Below are positions 61,900-64,000 of a stretch of 64,000 nucleotides of DNA, one piece after another; position 1 is the stretch's first letter, and each line of letters begins with the position of its first letter. The position numbers and the translations under genes were made by a program. The DNA is from Eledone cirrhosa (taxonomy: Eukaryota): contig OZ024742.1 in assembly GCA_964016885.1 (NCBI GenBank), forward strand, positions 244,776,001 through 244,840,000, written 5' to 3'. Under the pieces are notes generated by a model that saw nothing but the letters and a program-made list of their open reading frames with translations, had not been told where the DNA came from and ran no database searches.

Positions 61900-63600
61900 G
61901 AGATGTGGATGTGATATAATAAAATTGGTCTGGGTCGTTGTGATATAGCATCCAACAATAGCCAGCAAATATGCTTTCATTCCAACATTCCAAGTATCAG
62001 ATTTCCATTGCTTGATTACTTTTTAGAATCGTTTTCTTCGTCCATCACTTAATCACACGAAAACCGATTTTCCTGATAGGGCTACAAACAGCTGATTACT
62101 ATACTTTTCAAGGTTTCATGCTACCTACTTTTTCGCCCACTTATTCCTTGGAGGGTCATGGGGTAGAGTCCTCAAATTCGCCTTCGAGCGGGTCCTATCA
62201 GCAGCAACCGTCTCCAATTAATCTGGCTGGATCCCCAAGCGAGACCAGCCAAGCTCATGGATGTTATCCAACCATCTTGCTCGGGGTCTACCCCTGGGTC
62301 TCCTGCCGGTTGGTTTTGCCCGTAAAATCTGTCTTGCTCGAGATTTACTTGTTACTTTAACATTTAAAAATTCAATGGTAAAAATTCTCTTGAAAATCAT
62401 ATCGATTACCAATTAAACAAAGGTTTTCATAGAACCAGGGTAGAAATAACTTGATCAACTAAAGAGACAGATTGGACACTGCTAATTTCTGTGACATTTG
62501 TTAACGTTAGTTGCCAGTCACGTTTAATATAGTTATCTGTTCTAGTATGATTTTTCCATGTATGTGAAAAACTATAGTATTTTGAAAACTTGCTTACGTG
62601 CCCGTCGGCACACTGATAACTTTGAGATAACATTGATGAAATCGCTAGTGACTGATATCGAATATTTAAACTGAAACTTCCATTATTCTTTCTTTTTCTT
62701 TTGCAAACCGGGGCCCTTGTTATCATATGTCTCGTTTAGGTGTATAGAGTCGACATTCGGTTTTATACTTTCGTTATGCAGTAGAACCACTTTCAAGCAT
62801 AGTTGTGATAAATCAATAAAGAGACGCAAGTTAAATGCTGCATGAGTCTAAGACAAGTGGGTGAAGAATTCATTAATATCATTGCCATAATAGAGCTGGT
62901 CATATATCGTAAAGCATGTTGCCAAATTAAAATTTCGCTTTCAATAGTAATTCACTCGCACATTTTAGCCAAATAAATCCTCTTCCTCGAGTCGAGAAGC
63001 TGTGAATTCTCTTTTGACAGCATCTCTAATATGATCATTCAAACACTCTTGAGTTAATAAACTTGGCTCAAATTCTTCATCGGGTATATTATTCGGGGTC
63101 TGTTGAAGCTCCAGCACTTTAACCAACTGCATCCTCAACATTGTTCATTTCATCATTTATGGAAGCTAGCTCATCATTTTGGAGAAAGGGAATGGGTAGT
63201 TTCATCGTGTTGCATTGGCCTGTTGTGCTGCATATAGATTTGTATAGATAATCGTGTTTGTTCTTTGCGGGGAAACTCAATTATGTTAACACTACAGAAA
63301 TAGCAGACAATATGACAATGTCTTTGTTCTCTCCATATTATGGGTACAGGGAAGTCTATGGATCATCTTTTGTTTAACCAAACATGTAGTTTACTTGAAC
63401 AAGCAGAGCAGATCTGCCTATTTCGTCACCGAAATGACAACGAAAGTATATTTGAAAATTTCAGCAGATCCGATGTGGTACTGACTGCTTGTCTTAGTCA
63501 TCTTAATGACAACGAACGTATATTTAATATTTGAAAATGTGAACATACCAAGCACAGAAAATAACTTTTCCGTCGCCAAGAGTAGTTCACCCAATGTTCT
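61900..63600 (-). pseudogene. Chapaev3-like (CMC superfamily) transposase pseudogene
   Basis: Minus strand ICSAC..KL.VWL...FPVPIIWREQ..H..CYFC; LTQECLNDHIRD; LRLFIDLSQLCLKVVLLHN; LKVIS; WNESIFAGYCWML. Family assignment from recalled motifs; element probably spans ~61589 to beyond 64000. Confidence 0.72.
62128..62345 (-). mobile_element. RTE family A 3' fragment inserted in the Chapaev3 transposase
   Basis: RQILRAKPTGRRPRGRPRARWLDNIHELGWSRLGIQPD. Confidence 0.85.
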
Positions 63601-64000
63601 CTATTATTGTCTATAGTAATCGACTGTTATTATAGTTATTTTCTGCGCTTCGGACGCTCAGATTTAAAAATTTTAAACACTTTGATTTTTCATAAGATAC
63701 ATTTCCTATATATCCGTAAGATACATTTACTATATATTCATAAGATCCAGTGTAAAAGTACCACTTTCACGAAGTATGTTGATTAAATGGCAACGATTGA
63801 GCAAATATTCTGAAAAAATACATTTTAAGTATAATTATAAAAGGATAAGAGTAGTTTTCTGACTGGGTATCGAATTTTCCGTGAGTAAGGGAGAGAAATT
63901 GGCGAAGAAAGGAACAAAATATTTCTCTTTTTTCTTCTTTATTTTTCTCTTAAGTCAAAAACACCATATTTATACAACCAATTTTAATTCAATTGAATTT

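Overview
AT-rich eukaryotic, repeat-dominated genomic DNA with no recognisable intact host protein-coding gene. The repeat content points to an Octopus-like cephalopod (inference): tRNA-derived Meta-domain SINEs, CORE-SINEs, several RTE-clade LINE families and long (TA)n/(CA)n/(AAT)n microsatellites. The window holds many decayed transposons: RTE, CRE-like and CR1/L2-like LINEs; a DD37D (maT) Tc1/mariner; Tigger/pogo; Chapaev3; hAT, piggyBac-type and pogo-type MITEs; and non-autonomous Helitrons. Several are nested with recoverable TSDs. There is also a 33-bp minisatellite. Most notable observations: (1) a 415-bp TSD-flanked mini-RTE whose 5' end coincides with an HDV-like ribozyme fold; (2) a composite (dimeric) SINE junction shared by two loci 40 kb apart; (3) a ~2-kb inverted duplication with ~630-bp arms; (4) a switch in CpG decay near 46 kb, next to minus-strand splice signals, suggesting the 5' end of a large methylated gene. 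All calls were read by eye, and some boundaries are approximate.
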